Of a stretch of 64,000 nt of DNA, positions 48,340-62,004 are shown one piece after another; position 1 is the stretch's first letter; the number at the start of each line of letters is the position of its first letter. The stretch covers positions 250,544,001 to 250,608,000 of the forward strand of contig NC_086097.1 in the NCBI RefSeq assembly GCF_963921235.1, given 5' to 3'. The stretch comes from Mobula hypostoma. Lineage: Eukaryota. The translations under genes and the position numbers were made by a program. Under the pieces are notes generated by a model, which ran no database searches, was not told the origin of the DNA, and worked only from the letters and a program-made list of their open reading frames with translations.

Positions 48340-49195
48340 TTCTTCGGGGTTAATGACCAGATTCTAGCAATGTGGAGGAACAGAGAGGTCTCGGAGTGGA
48401 CATCCATAAATTGCTCAAAGTTATGGTCATAGTCATAGTCATAGTCATAATTTATTGATCCCGGGGGAAACTGGTTTTCGTTATAGTAGCACCATAAATA
48501 ATAAATAGTAATAAAACCATAAATAATTAAATAGTAATATGTAAATTATGCCAGGAAATGTCCAGGACCAGCCTATTGGCTCAGGGTGTCTGACCCTCCA
48601 AGGGAGGAGTTGTAAAGTTTGACGGCCACAGGCAGGAATGACTTCCTATGACACTCTGTGTTGCATCTCGGTGGAATGAGTCTCTGGCTGAATGTACTCC
48701 TGTGCCCAACCAGTACATTATGTAGTGGATGGGAGACATTGTCCAAGATGGCATGCAACTTGGACAGCATCCTCTTTTCAGACACCACCATCAGAGAGTC
48801 CAGTTCCATCCCTACAACTTCACTGGCCTTACGAATGAGTTTGTTGATACTGTTGGTGTCTGCTACCCTCAGCCTGCTGCCCTAGCACACAACAGCAAAC
48901 ATGATTGCACTGGCCACCACAGACTTGTAGAACAAGTTGCCATGCAGGTTAATAGGGATTTGAGAAGACGTATGGTGTGTTAGCCTTAACTGAGTTCAAG
49001 AGCTCCGAGGTAACGTTGCAGTTCTATAATTCCATGTTAGACCGCACTTGGAATATTGCATTCAGTTCTGGTCACCTCATTCTAAGAAGATGTGGAAGCT
49101 TTAGAGAAGGTGCAGAGGAGATTTACCAGGATGCTGCCTGGATTGGAGAGCAAGTCTGATGAGGATAGGTTGAGTGAGCTAGGGCTTTTCTCTTT
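48340..49195 (+). mobile_element. CR1 fragment interrupted by a Rex1-type 3' fragment (48425-48932, minus strand)
   Basis: The insert encodes KLHAILDNVSHPLH..RLIPPRCNTECHRKSFLPVAVKLYN and has a (GACTAT)n tail; AAGTT on both sides. Confidence 0.85.
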
Positions 49196-49279
49196 TCGCC
49201 CCCACTTCTCTCAAGCAAATCCTTCTAACAGCCAGAACATTTTTATTGCATTGGCTAATCCAGGCTTTAAATTCATCTT

Positions 49280-49435
49280 GAGCAACATACACAAAATGCT
49301 GAAGGAACGTAGCAGGTCAGGCAGTGTCTATGGAGAAGAATAAACAGCCTTTGTTTTGGGCCCTGACCCTTTGTCAGGACTGGAAAGGAAGGGGGCAGAA
49401 ACCAGAATAAGAAGGCAGGGGGAACAGGAGGAGCA
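49280..49435 (-). mobile_element. Older Penelope terminal-repeat fragment
   Basis: Homologous to 2500-2660 and 42160-42263. Confidence 0.7.
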
Positions 49436-49707
49436 GAATCTCTTGCTCTATAAAATTAGTCATAGTGATAGTCATAGTCATACTTTATTGATCCCAGGAT
49501 AAAGGAATTATTTTCCTTTCAAATGCACAGCTCCTCTGGGCAACACGTACGAATGATGAGATAAGAGCATTTATCCAGATCATCAAGTTACAGAATAAAC
49601 AAAACTTCAATGATAAAAAGAGCGAAGCTCTGCCACATTTTAACATGTTGTAACACTTCAGTCAGAAATGATATCAGTTTAGTGAAACAGATTTCAGGAG
49701 ATTATTA

Positions 49708-50275
49708 CATGGACCGAGTGGCGGGGTGGAGATACATCTCTACCAAAGGGAGTGTAAGGTGCTCCTTCCCTCCTCTAGCCTGCAGGTCACCCTTGGACAA
49801 GGTGTAGCTGGGCACTCCCCCCCCACCCCGATCAGGGTCATGTGAAGCCACGGGAGCAGGTGGTGGATGGTCGTATGAGCAGCCGGTGCAGATCACAAGT
49901 CCTGGTTATGTGACCACTGACAGCAGGAAAACAATCTCTGAAGAGTATTGATAATGGCTGGGGTCACCTGTCCAGTAAAGACACTGCCCAGAAGGTGGCA
50001 ATGGCAAACCACTTCTGTAGAAGAATCTGCCAAGATCAATCATAGTCATACAACATGGCAGATAATGAACATACAGTGAAATGCATCGTTTTGTGTCAAT
50101 GACCAACGCAGTCCAATGCAGTGTTGGGGGAAGCCTGTAAATTCCGCCACGCTTCCAGCACCAACATAGCCAGAAGAAGGCAACGGCAAATCTGTAGAAA
50201 AATGTGTCCAGAATAATCACGGTCATAGAACGACCATGATTGCCCACGTCATGCACCGCAGCTCATACCGAACAA
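49708..50275 (+). mobile_element. Non-autonomous RTE/BovB-derived repeat
   Basis: Contains AGAAGGTGGCAATGGCAAACCACT, resembling the BovA/RTE 5' motif; copies at 53270-53585 and 54960-55150. Confidence 0.6.
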
Positions 50276-50417
50276 GCAATGAAGTAGAGAGGTGTGATTA
50301 CCGGGGCCATAGAGCGTGTGCGTCACTTATTCATCAGAGAAAATAAGATGAAGCAGAGTCCATGCGTTCCTCTCAAAGGAGCAGAATTAATTTTGGTCAA
50401 AAACAAGAAGTCTAAAC

Positions 50418-51644
50418 CAGCGGTCTCCAACCACCGGGCTGCAAAGCATGCGCTACCGGGCCGCAAAGCATGCGCTACCGGGCCGCGAGGAAACGACATG
50501 ATTTGGCGATATGAGTCAGCTGCACCTTTCCTCATTCCCTGTCACGCCCACTGTTGAGCTTGAACGCACGCGAGGTCATTACCCGCACGTCATCCATGTC
50601 AGCGCAGGAAGGAGATCAACTCCTCGAGCTTGCAAATGACGGTGGGCTGAAAAGTATGTTTGACATAACATCTCTGCTGGCATTCTGGATCAAAGTCAAG
50701 GCTAAATATCCTGAGATAGCCACGAAAGCACTGAAAACGTTGCTTCCATTTCCAACATATCTCTGCAATGAATGCAACGAAAACTAAATTGCAGAATAGA
50801 CTGGACATAAGGAACCCCCTTCGAGTATCGCTGTCTCCCATCACCCCTCAATGGGACCGTCTTGTTGCAGGGAAACAAGCCCAGGGCTCCCACTGATTCA
50901 GCGATATTGGTGTGTTGCAATGATTTTATATGTTCATACAGGGAAAATACGTGCTGTGTATTTAATATCCAAACGTTACTTAAAATGTTATGATGCTATT
51001 GACTTATATAACCATATAACAACCATATAACCATATAACAATTACAGCATGGAAACAGGCCATCTCAGCCCTTCTAGTCCGTGCCGAACGCTACTCTCAC
51101 CGAGTCTCACCGACCTGCACTCAGCCCATAACCTTCCATTCTTTTCCTGTCTATATACCTATCTAATTTTTCTTTAACTTATAATATTGAACCTGCCTCT
51201 ACCACTTCTACTGGAAGTTTGTTCAACACTTACTTCAGGCTCCCCTGTCCTCCTGATAATTGATTATCACTATATTCATGTGAGGAAAATATGCGCTGTG
51301 TGTTTAATATTAAATTCATTAGATAAACCCTTTAGAAATGAAATTGAGTGTATTAACCACTTATCACCTATATTCCAGTCGTGATTAATACCCCCCATCC
51401 CCCAGAACAGAGTCGCCAAAAACGATTTGTAGAAAAAATCGGCACGTACACGATGCGATGCACACTGGTGCCCGCGCAAAGCTTCATGGTCATTGTAGTC
51501 TTACTGGGGTAAACACAACGTATTTGACTGCTACTCTCGTCCGTTAGCAACCCTACCCCCCCCTCCCCCCGCCGGTTGGCCGGTCTGCAAGAATATTGTC
51601 AATATTAAACCGGATCGCAGTGCAAAAAAGGTTGGGGACCCCTG
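50418..51644 (+). mobile_element. Second copy of the non-autonomous Charlie/Buster-type hAT, 1227 bp
   Basis: TIRs CAGCGGTCTCCAAC / GTTGGGGACCCCTG; 8-bp TSD GTCTAAAC at 50410-50417 and 51645-51652; transposase remnant ending ..NRLDIRNPLRVSLSPITPQWDRLVAGKQAQGSH*. Confidence 0.95.
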
Positions 51645-51709
51645 GTCTAAACCATTTAAAAAGTCTAAACCTTTATCACAAACATGCATTCAGTGGGTAC
51701 CTATTAAGT

Positions 51710-52485
51710 GTTCTCTTGCACTTCTTGTATTCTATAAGCACATCATTTGTTCCTACCTACTTATACTCCTTGTTTCTCTTAACCATGGCCTCAATATCTC
51801 TTGAAAACCAAGCTTCCCTACACTTGTTATCTTCACCTTGTATTCTGACAGGCACATACAAGATTTGTGCTCTCAAAATTTCATTTCTGAAGGCCTCCCA
51901 CTTTCCAAATACACCTTTGCCAGAAAAAATCCTGTCCTAATCGACACTTGCCAGATCATTTCTGATGCCATCAAAACTGGCCTTTCTCCAGTTTAGAATC
52001 TTAACCCATGGATCAGACCCACCTTTTCGCAAATTTACTTTGAAACTAATGGCATTGTGGTCACTGAATGCAACGTGTTCTCCCACACAAACCTCTGTCA
52101 CCCACCCTGTCTCATTCCCCAATAGCAGATCCAGTATTGCACACTCTCTCTCTGGGACTTCTCCGTACTGATGAAGAAAACTTACCTGAATACATCTGAT
52201 AAACTCTATCCTGTCTAGTCCTTTTAAAGAATGGGATTCCCAGTCAATGTGTGGAAGTTAAAATCACCTACTATAACAACCTTATCTTTGTTGCAACACT
52301 CTGCAATCTCTTTGCAAATGTGTTCCTCTAAACCCTTAGGACTGTTGGGTGGTCTGTAATATAGCCCCATTAACATGGTCATAGCTTTCATATTTCTCAG
52401 TTCCACCCATAACACCTCACTAGTTGAGTTCTCCAGTCTGTCCTGACAGAGCACTGCCTTGAAATTTTGCCTGACTAGTAACACC
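51710..52485 (-). mobile_element. CR1 APE-region fragment
   Basis: LWVELRN..GLYYRPPNS..VIVGDFNF and SDHNAISF. Confidence 0.85.
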
Positions 52486-52900
52486 ACCCGTCCCCATCAC
52501 AGGTACTTCCCTTCTCACCAACGGAGGCCTCAGGAAGGCAACAACCATCATCAAAGGTTCCCGGCATCCAGGCTGTACCACCTGGTCGCCACAGCAACCA
52601 TCAGGCAGGAGGAACCGAGGTGGAGCGAGCTGGGTCACAGTCAGCCTGAGCTCGTGCTTACAGATGATAAAGAATGAACCTTCACCAGTGTCTTTCCTGC
52701 TCGGAGGTCACTGTATCTGGAGGCTGGTGAGCCCTGAGGTCAAAGCATGAAGGTTGAAGCACCTCGGTTGGCAAGTTCAGAGTTTGGAGGCTCGATGTCT
52801 ATGAGTCTGCGGCCATGGTCTGGAGTTTGTGGCCTATCCTGGGGGGGGAGGCCCATCTGTGTGTGTGAGTCTGGGAGGGGAGTGGAAAAAGGGTTTGCTT

Positions 52901-53004
52901 ATCAGTCGTGATGAAAGGTTTTGGCCTGAAACATTGACTGTTTATTCCCCTCCATAGATGCGGCCTGAGCCGCTGAGTTCCTCCAGCATTCTGTTTGTGT
53001 TACT
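52901..53004 (+). mobile_element. ~100-bp Penelope-derived insert starting at a decayed hammerhead
   Basis: CAGTC GTGATGA AAGGTTTTGGCCT GAAA CATT GACTG followed by terminal-repeat sequence. Confidence 0.7.
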
Positions 53005-53269
53005 TGTTTATCTGTTGTTGCATTTTGTATGTTAAGTCCTTGTGTTGTTCTGCTTGCCACTATGTCATGGTACCGTGGAATGTGCAGTAATACTTGCAGG
53101 CTGCCCCCAGATAATGTTGGTTGTTAATACAAATGGTGCATTTCACTGCTTGTTTTGAAGTGGATGTTATTAATCTATCATTAGGAGTTTGTACATTCTT
53201 GCCATGATTATTATTTTGTTTTTCTCTATTTATTTATTTATTTATTTATTTTGTTTATTTATGGATACA

Positions 53270-53585
53270 GTGTGGATCGGGTGGCCGGGTGGAGGTATGT
53301 CTCTACCAAAGGATGTGTAAGATGCTCCTTCCCTCGTTAGTCTGCAGGTCACCCTTGGGCAAGGTGCCTAGCCCCTCCGCCGATCGGGGTCACGTGAACC
53401 CATGGGAGCAGGTGGGGGATGGTCGTATGAGAGGCCGGTGCAGATCACAAGTCCTGGTTTTGCAACCACTGACACCAGGCAGACAATCTCTGAAGAGTAT
53501 TGATAATGGCTGGGGTCACCATCTTGTAATTTGCCAAGAGAGACCATGGTCGCCACTGTCATACGACACAACACTTGAGGAACGA
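53270..53585 (+). mobile_element. RTE/BovB-derived non-autonomous repeat, second copy
   Basis: High similarity to 49708-49970. Confidence 0.65.
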
Positions 53586-53589
53586 TCAG

Positions 53590-53850
53590 TGTGGAACAGG
53601 CCCTTCCGCCCAGTGAGCCGCTCACCCAGCAACCCACCAGATTAACCCCAGCCTGATCACTGGACAATTTACAGGGACCAATTATCCCACCAACCCGATT
53701 ATTTTTGGGCTGTGGAAGGAAAATGGAGCACACGGCGGAAATCCATGCGGTCATAGGACGCACAAACTCCTTACAGAGGATGCTGGAATTGAACTCCAAA
53801 CGCCAATGTCCCAAGCTGTAATCTCTTCATGCTACCCCCTGTGGTACCGC
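53590..53850 (-). mobile_element. V-domain SINE
   Basis: TGTGGAAGGAAAATGGAGCACACGGCGGAAATCCATGC core. Confidence 0.6.
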
Positions 53851-55149
53851 GAAATAGCCTAGTGTTTGTATCTGCACAATCTGATGTCCTTTGCACATTG
53901 CTCGTTTGTCTGTCTTTTTGTTTGTATGTAGCTTTTCATTGATTCTATTGGTTTTTTTTTGTATCTATTCTGAATGCTGGCAAGAAAATGAATCTCAGGG
54001 TCAGGGTGTCAAAGGTTACGGGGAGAAGACAGGAGAATCGGGTTGAGAGGGATAATAGATCAGTCAAGATGGAATGGTGGAGAAGACTCGATGGGCCAAA
54101 TGGCATAATTCTACTCCAATGTCTTATAGTCTTATGGTTGAGGCAAAGACCCCTTACCCCCAGACATTCACACTTCCCCCCACCCCTATTGGGCAGAAGA
54201 TACAAAAACCTGAAAACACATAACCACCAAGCTCAAGGACAGCTTCTACCTCACTGTTATTCAGATCCTTAAATCTCTTGTACAATAAATTCTACGTTTG
54301 ACCTCATAACCTACCCCATTATGATCTTGTGCTTTATCGTTTAGCTGGGCTGCACTTTCAGCAGCTTTTATTCTTTATTCTGTGCTGTTTTACCTACCCC
54401 AGTGCATTGTGTAATCATCTAATCTGTATGAATAACACGCAGGGCAAGTGTTTCACTGTCTCTCAGTACAATTCCAGCCTCAGTGCGCTCTGCAATGATC
54501 TGATCTGTATGAACAGTGTGCAAGACAAACTTTTCACTCTCTCTTGGTATATGTGACAATATCAAACCAATACCATATGAAAGAAACCATTACTGTTAAT
54601 AGTAATAAGTCCTATGCCCTTAATACTGACCAGATAGTAGGTCTGGGATCCCTCCTTGGAGAACCTTTGAAGAAATTCTCCTCAAATCTTCCTCTGAAGA
54701 GGAATCTCTGGCTTGAAACGATAACTATTTCTCTTTTGTGTAGTTGATCAAACCAACAGTCTACTCACAGCCTGACGCCATCGTGTTTAGGAGTAGGGCC
54801 ACACCAGTTCCCTTTGACTCTCTGTGCTCTATAGACCCTACATGCTGTACATCTCCTGCGTTTTCAATCCTTGCCATGACCCAGTGCTTGGGCAGTAGCC
54901 CCACTCTCCAAACCGACCTGGCAGAGAGTTGCTGAGCATGTGGCAAAGAAATATGGAATATTAGTGGATGGTCATATGACCACTGACCAGGCAGATAATC
55001 TCTAAAGAGTGCTAATAGAGGCTGGGATCACCTGTCTTGTAAAGACACTGCCCAGAAGAAGGCAATGGCAAACCACTTCTGCAGAAAAATTTACCAAGGT
55101 CACTCATGGTCTTGGAAAGACCGCGATCGTCCATGTCTTACAACATAAG

Positions 55150-55570
55150 GCCATAAGAATGGAAGACATAGGAGCAGAATTTGGCCCATCGAGTCTGCTC
55201 CACCATTCCATCATGGCTGATCATTATTTTTTCCCTCCTTAGACCCTCTTCCAGGCCTTCTCCCCATAGTCTTTGATGCCGTGGCCAATCAAGGACCTGT
55301 CAATCTCCACCTTAAATACACCCAATGACCTGGCCTCCATAGCTGCCTGTGGTAATGAATTCCACAAATTCACCACCCTCTGGCTAAAGGAATTTCTCTT
55401 CATCTCTGTTTTAAATGAATGCCCCTCTATCCTGAGGCTGTGCCCTCTTGTCCTAGACTCCCCTACCATGGGAAACATGCTTTCCACATCTACTCTGTCT
55501 AGGCCTTTCAACGTTCGAAAGGTATCAATGAGATCCCGCCTCATCCTTCTGAATTCCAGCGAGTACAGAA
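55150..55570 (-). mobile_element. CR1 3' fragment
   Basis: YSLEFRRMRRDLI..RTRGHSLRIEG..SQRVVNLWNSLP. Confidence 0.9.
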
Positions 55571-57322
55571 TGTAAGAACATAAGAACATAAGAAATAGGA
55601 GCAGGAGTCAGCCATCTGGCCCGTTGATTCTGTTCCGCCATTCAATAAGATCATGGCTGATCTAACCATAAAACTCATCTCCACCTACCTGCCTTTTCCC
55701 ATAACCCTTAATTCCCCTACTATGCAAAAATCTATCCAACTTTGTCTTAAATATATTTACAGAGGTAGCCTCCACTGCTTCATTGGGCAGAAAATTCCAT
55801 AGATTCACCACTCTCTGGGAAAAGCAGTTCCTCCTCATCTTTGTCCTAAATCTACTCCCCTAAATCTTGAGGCTATGTCCCCTGGTTCTAGTCTCACCTA
55901 CCAATGGAAACAACTTTCCTGCCTCTATCTTCTCTATCCCTTTCATAATTTTATATGTTTCTACAAGATCTCCTCTCATTCTTCTGAATTCCAGTGAGTA
56001 CAGTCCCAGACGACTCAATCTCTCCTCATAGTCTGACCCCCTCATTTCTGGAATCAACCTGGTGAACCCCCTCTGCACCACCTCCAAAGCCACGATATCC
56101 TTCCTCAAGTAAGGAGACCAGAACTGCACACAGTACTCCAGGTGTGGCCTCACCAGTACCCTGTACAGTTGCAGCATAACCTCCCTGCTCTTAAATTCAA
56201 TCCCTCTAGCAATGAAGGCCAACATCCCATTTGTCCTTCTTGATAGCCTGCTGCACCTGCAAACTGACCTTTTGTGATTCAGGCACAAGCACTCCGAAGT
56301 CCCCCTGCACAGCAGCATACCGCAGTTCTTACCTTTTAAATAATAATCTGCTCTTTCATTTTTCCTTCCACTGTGGATGACCTCGCATTTATCAACATTG
56401 TACTCCATCTGCCAGACCCTTGCCCACTCACTTAACTTATCTATATCTTTCTGCAGACTCTCCATATCTTCTGCACAATTTGCTTTTCCACTCAATTTAG
56501 TGTCATCAGCAAACTTAGATACACTACACTCAGTCCCCTCTTGCAGATCGTTAATGGTAATCGTAAACAGTTGTAGGCCCAGCACCGACCCCTGTGATAC
56601 ACCGCTCACTACTGATTGCCAACCAGAGTAACACCCATGTATCCCAACTCCCTGCTTTCTATTAGTTAACCAATCTGCTATCCATGCTAATACTTCATCC
56701 CCAACTCTATGTATCCTTATCTTATGGATAAGTCTTTTTGTGGCACCTTATCAAACACCTTCTGGAAATCCAAGTAAATAACATCCATCTGTTCCCCTCT
56801 ACCCACTGCACTCGTTATATCCTCAATGAACTCCACTGAGTTTGCCAAACAGGACCTGCCTTTGCTGAATCCATGCTGCGTCTGCCTGATGGATCCATTT
56901 CTTTGCAATTGTCTTGCTATTTCTTTAATGATAGCTTCAAGCATTTTCCCAATGACAGATGTTATAATAACTAGCCTATAGTTACCTGCCTTTTGCCTAC
57001 ATCCTTTTTTGAACAGTGGCATAACATTCGCTGTTTTCCAATCCGCCGGGACCTGCCCAGAGTCCAGAGAATTTTGGTAAATATTACCAAATTCTCTACT
57101 ATAACTTCTGCCATTTCTATCCGTACCCTGGGATATATTCCATCAGGTCCAGGGGACTTATCTATCTTCAGCTCCCCAAATTTGCTCAGCACCATTGTAT
57201 CGAGGTCCTCTCCTCCCATCGCATCCATAACATCTCTGTTTGGCACGTTAGTCGTGTCCTCCACCATGAAGACCAACACAAAATAGTCATTCAAAGCCTC
57301 GGCCATTTCTTCATTACCCAAT

Positions 57323-58320
57323 ATCAGGATCAGAATCAGGTTTATTATCACTGGCATGTGACGTGAAATTTGTTAACTTAGCCGCAGCAGTTCAATGCAA
57401 TACATAATATAGAAGAAAAAAATAAAAGAATAATGATAATAATTAAATAACTAAATCACTTATAGTATACCTATATTGAATCGATTAAAAATTGTGCAAA
57501 AAACAGAAATACTATGTATTAAAGTTGAGGTAGTGTCCAAGGTTTCAATGTACATTTAGGAATCGAATGGCAGAGGGGAAGAAGCTGTTCCTGAATCACT
57601 GAGTGTGTGCCTTCAGGCTTCTGTACCTCCTGCCTGATGGTAACAGTGAGAAAAGGGCATGCCCTGGGTGCTGGAGGTCCTTAATAATGGACGCTGCCTT
57701 TCTGAGACACTGCTCCCTAAAGATGTCCTGGGTACTTTGCAGGCTAGTACCCAAGATGGAGCTGACTAGATTTACAACCTTCTGCAGCTTCTTTCGGTCC
57801 TGTGCAGTAGCCCCTCCCCCCCCATACCAGACAGTGATGCAGCCTGTCAGAATGCTCTCCACAGTACATCTATAAAAGTTTCTGAGTGTATTTACATACC
57901 AAGTCCCTTCAAACTCCTAATGAAGTATAGCCACTGTCTTGCCTTCTTTATACCTACATCCATGTGTTGGGACCAGGTTAGTTCGTCAGAGATCTTGACT
58001 CCCAGAAACTAAACTGCTCACTCTCTCCACTTCTGATCCCTCTATGAGGATTGGTATGTGTTCCTTCATCTTACCCTTCCTGAAGTCCACAATCAGCTCT
58101 TTTGTCTTATTGACGTTGAGTGCCAGGTTGTTGCTGTGGCACCACTCCACTAGTTGGCATATCTCACTCCTGTACACCCTCTCATCACCACCTGAGATTC
58201 TACCAACAATGGTTGTATCATCAGCAAATTTATGATGGTATTTGAGCTATGCCTAGCCACATAGTCAAGGGTATATAGAGAGTAGAGCAGTGGGCTAAGC
58301 ACACACCTCTGAGGTGCTTC
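57323..58320 (-). mobile_element. Rex1/Babar RT 3' fragment
   Basis: APQRCVLSPLLYSLYT, LNVNKTKELIVDFRK, ESILTGCITVWYG..FSLLPSGRRYRSL; (GATTCT)n-type tail. Confidence 0.92.
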
Positions 58321-58894
58321 GCAATTCCCCCTTCTCATCCTCCAAGGAACATACATTCACTTTAGCCATCCTTTTCTGTTTTATATAATTATTAAAAAAT
58401 TACAATCCATTTTTCTATTTTGTTTAATTTCATAATCTATCTTCTCTTTCTTTGTTGCTCACTTAGTAATTTTGTTGATTTTTAAAGTTTTCCCAATCTT
58501 CCAGTTTCCCACTACTCTTGGCAACTTTGTATGCACGAGCTTTTAGTTTGATGCTTTCTTTTATTTCCTTAGTTATCCAAGGCTGGCTCTCCGCACCCTT
58601 ACTGTCCTTGCTTTTAACTTCAATATACTTTTGTTGAGCACCGTGAAAAATCTCTTTGAAAGTCTTCCACTGTTCCTCAACTGTCCCATCATATAGCCTG
58701 TGGTCCTAGTCTACACTAGCCATATCCTCCCTCATCCCATTGTAGTCTCCAGGCATAATTGACTGGTTTTAGATTGAACTAATGCACCCCCCATCTGTAT
58801 GAGGAAATAAATCATACTGTGATCACTCTTTCCAAGAGGATCCCCAACTACAAGATCACTAATTTTACCTGTCTCATTGCACAGGACCAGATCT

Positions 58895-59577
58895 AAGATT
58901 AGACTATGAGAACACTCAGTCCTCTTTTATTGTCATTTAGAAATGCATACATGCATTAAGAAATGTTACAATGTTTCTCCGGAGTGATATCACAGAAAAC
59001 AGGACAAACCAAAGACTAACACTGACAGAACCACATAATTATAACATATAGTTACAGCAGTGCAAAGCAATACCATAATTTGATGAAGAACAAACCATGG
59101 GTACGGTAAATAAAGTCTCAAAAGTCTCCAAGTCGATCGACTCCCGAGTCCCCGATAGCAGGCGGCAAAAGGGAGAAACTCCCTGCCATAAACCTTCAGG
59201 CACCATCAACTTGCTGATGCCTTGGAAGCAGCCGACCACAGCCGACACTGAGTCCGTCTGTCCGAAAACTTCGAGCTCCCAGCCAGCCTCTACGATACAG
59301 CCTCCCGAGCGCCATCCTCTGCCGAGCGCCTTCGACTTCTCCCCGGCCGCTGAAACAAGCAAAGCCGAGGATTCGGGGCCTTCAGCTCCAGAGATTCTGG
59401 TTACCACACAGTAGCAGCGGCAGCGAAACGGGCATTTCAGAAGTTTCTCCAGATGTTCCTCCGTACTCTTTCGTCTGTCTCTATCAAATCAGAATTGTGC
59501 ACGGTCCCCTACTTGACAGATAACAGATATCATCACCGAAGTGGCCGCGCGCGCTGCCGTCTCACCGCCATCTTCTC
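58895..59577 (-). mobile_element. Second copy of the AAGATGGCGG-headed non-coding retroposon
   Basis: Reverse complement of 18127-18783. Confidence 0.75.
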
Positions 59578-59825
59578 CTCCTCCCTTGCTGTAATAGCTT
59601 CCTTACTCCCTTTGCTGTAAAAATAGCACGTTCCCTTGTAGGTTCAGTAACATGCTGTTCAAGAAAGCCGTTACAGATGCATTCTATGAAGTCCTCCTCA
59701 AGACTGCCTTGACCAACTTGATTCACCCAATCTGTGTGCAAGTTAAAGTCCCCCATGATCACAGCTGCTTCATTCTCACATGCCTCAGATATTTCTCTGT
59801 TTATTGCCCGTGCCACTGTAATGTC

Positions 59826-60460
59826 AGGCTCAGAGCCATCAAACGTTCCTCATATGATAACCCTTTCATTCCCGGAATCATCCTTGTGAAACTCCTCTGA
59901 ACCCTCTCCAATGTCAGCACATTTTTCTTACATGAAGAGCCCAAAACTGTTCACAATACTCAAGGTGAGGCCTCACCAGTGCCCTATAAAGCCTCAGCAT
60001 CACATCCCTGCCCTTGTATTCTAGACCTCTTGAAATGAATGCTAACATTGCATTTGCCTTCCTCACCACCGACTCAACCTGCAAGTTAACCTTTAGGGTG
60101 TTCTGCACAAGGATTCCCAAGTCCCTTTGCATCTCAGATTTTTGGATTTTCTCCCTCTTTAGAAAATTTCTACTACCAAGGTACATGACCATGCATTTTC
60201 CAACATTGTATTTCATTTGCCACTTTCTTGCCCATTCTCCTAATCTGTCTAAGTCCTTCTGCATCCTACTTGTTTCCTCAACACTACCTATCCCTCCACC
60301 AATCTTCATATCATCTGCAAACCTGGCAACAAAGTCATCTATTTCATCATCTAAATTATGACCTTTGTCCCTTCATGTTCCATCATCTAGATTATGATCC
60401 AAACTCTTTTGCATCTCTGATATTTGGATTTTCTCCCTGTTTAGAAAGTAGTCCGCACAT
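59826..60460 (-). mobile_element. CR1 RT fragment
   Basis: ORF 59914-60309: KWQMKYNVGKC..LYRALVRPHLEYC. Confidence 0.9.
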
Positions 60461-61344
60461 TTATTTCTACTACAGTGAAATGCATTGCTTTGTGTCAATG
60501 ACCAACACAGTCCAAGAATTGCTGGGGGAAGCCCATAAGTGTTGCCATGCTTCCAGCTCCACCTAGCCAGAAGGCAATGGCAAATGAAACGTCAGACGAC
60601 ATGGCACGTAACAAACAAGCAATAGATTCCATTCTACTTCTTCATTTTCTTAGAAATAACTGCAAGAAAATGAATCTCAGGGTAGTTTATGCGATGCAGT
60701 ATCTGATTTAATCAAAGTTCAAAGTAAGTACTGGAAGTAAATTTATCATCAAAGTGCAGAGGTTATATATCAGCACGCAGTACCCTGAGATAATCTCAGA
60801 CTTCACTGACAGCAGTATCAGCTAAACCTGCCCTTAGAAAAGCACTGGTATCAGTTACATCGGGCCTCTCATCCACAAAAAGAAAATACTGTAGGTCTCA
60901 TCTGTCGATTTTAAGTGGTCTTTTGGAGAAGTGCCTGTGCTGGCAGCCCTCCCAGGACACAGCTCAGATAAGGCCCGTCCCTTTCAGGAAGTGAGAGCAC
61001 CAGGAGGGAACTAATGCAGTCACGGGGAGAATGCATAGACTCCTTACAGTCTCCGCGGGGAATTGAACCCTGATTGCTAGGTGTGAAAAGCATTGTGCCA
61101 ACACCTATTGTCATTGAGTTTCTGATACAGTCCTGATGCACGGACAACTTGTGACCTCTGTGCTGGGGAGGCCAATGTTCTTTCTCCTGCTGCTACAATT
61201 TCCACCATTTTCTGCCTGTAGTACACTTCAGCCTAAGCACAGAGCACATTGTATTTTTTATGTAACTCCCAGGTTCTGTCGGCGTGTAAGTCCGGGGAAG
61301 ACAATCTCTGGCCCCGCCAAATGTGTGAGCAAAACCTCCTGTTT

Positions 61345-61484
61345 GCTCCAAGGAGAAAAGGCCAAGTTCACTCAAACTATTCTCATAAGGCATGCTCCCT
61401 AATCCAGGCAATATCCCTATCCTCTGCACACTTTCTATGGTTTCCGCATCCTTCCTGTAGTGAGGTGACCAGAACTGAGCACAG
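61345..61484. repeat. 140-bp local duplicate of 62731-62870
   Basis: One mismatch seen by eye; both copies share a small deletion absent from other CR1 copies here. Confidence 0.9.
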
Positions 61485-61505
61485 CATCCACACAAACATG
61501 TTCCC

Positions 61506-61995
61506 TGTTACAAATCAGTACCATGAAATGACAGACAGTACACCATATGCAATTAAACAATTTAGCTTTATAATTCTTAATTTGACTAAAGGGATAGTAA
61601 AGAAAAACAAAAAGAAAAGGGCCCATTTTAATGAAACAGTCTATTGTGCACAAGTTGGAGCTCACGGTTTCCCTTGCGTCAATCCTCCTTCGATTTTCCC
61701 GGGCTTCGTTGACTCCCGGCCCCATTCCAAGTCCCCTCCTTTCTGGTGTCTACAACCTCTTTTTTCTGGCGTTTTCTCTCTCCATCTCTCGCCAAACAAA
61801 AGCCCCAGATCATCTTGTTCTCAGGCACACAACAAGAAAAAAAAACACTCCTTTCAATGGACGGTTCACATTCCAAAGCTCCTGTTATCTCTAGCCATAA
61901 CCCAAACACTGCTGCTACAGAAAAACCATTACATTAGCAGTGCTTCTAGAGAAAGACCATTGCAGCAGCAATGAAACCTTTCCCAGGGCATTACA
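61506..61995 (-). mobile_element. Probable solo LTR (490 bp)
   Basis: Ends TGTTACA...CATTACA (TG..CA with short inverted termini); no clean TSD (TTCCC vs TTTAC). Confidence 0.45.
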
Positions 61996-62004
61996 TTTAC
62001 TTAG

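Larger units (their letters stand above)
55571..59825 (-). mobile_element. CR1 ORF2 (APE remnant to 3' tail) split by two insertions
   Basis: IMGDFNL (59562-59816), KSPGPDG (56971-57357), QHGF and KFADD (55860-56609); (CTTATGTT)n tail at 55573-55595. Confidence 0.9.

Noticed and set aside
61249..61974. 241-aa ORF
   Set aside because: It crosses a CR1 duplicate and a probable LTR, has no recognisable domain, and is likely a chance read-through.
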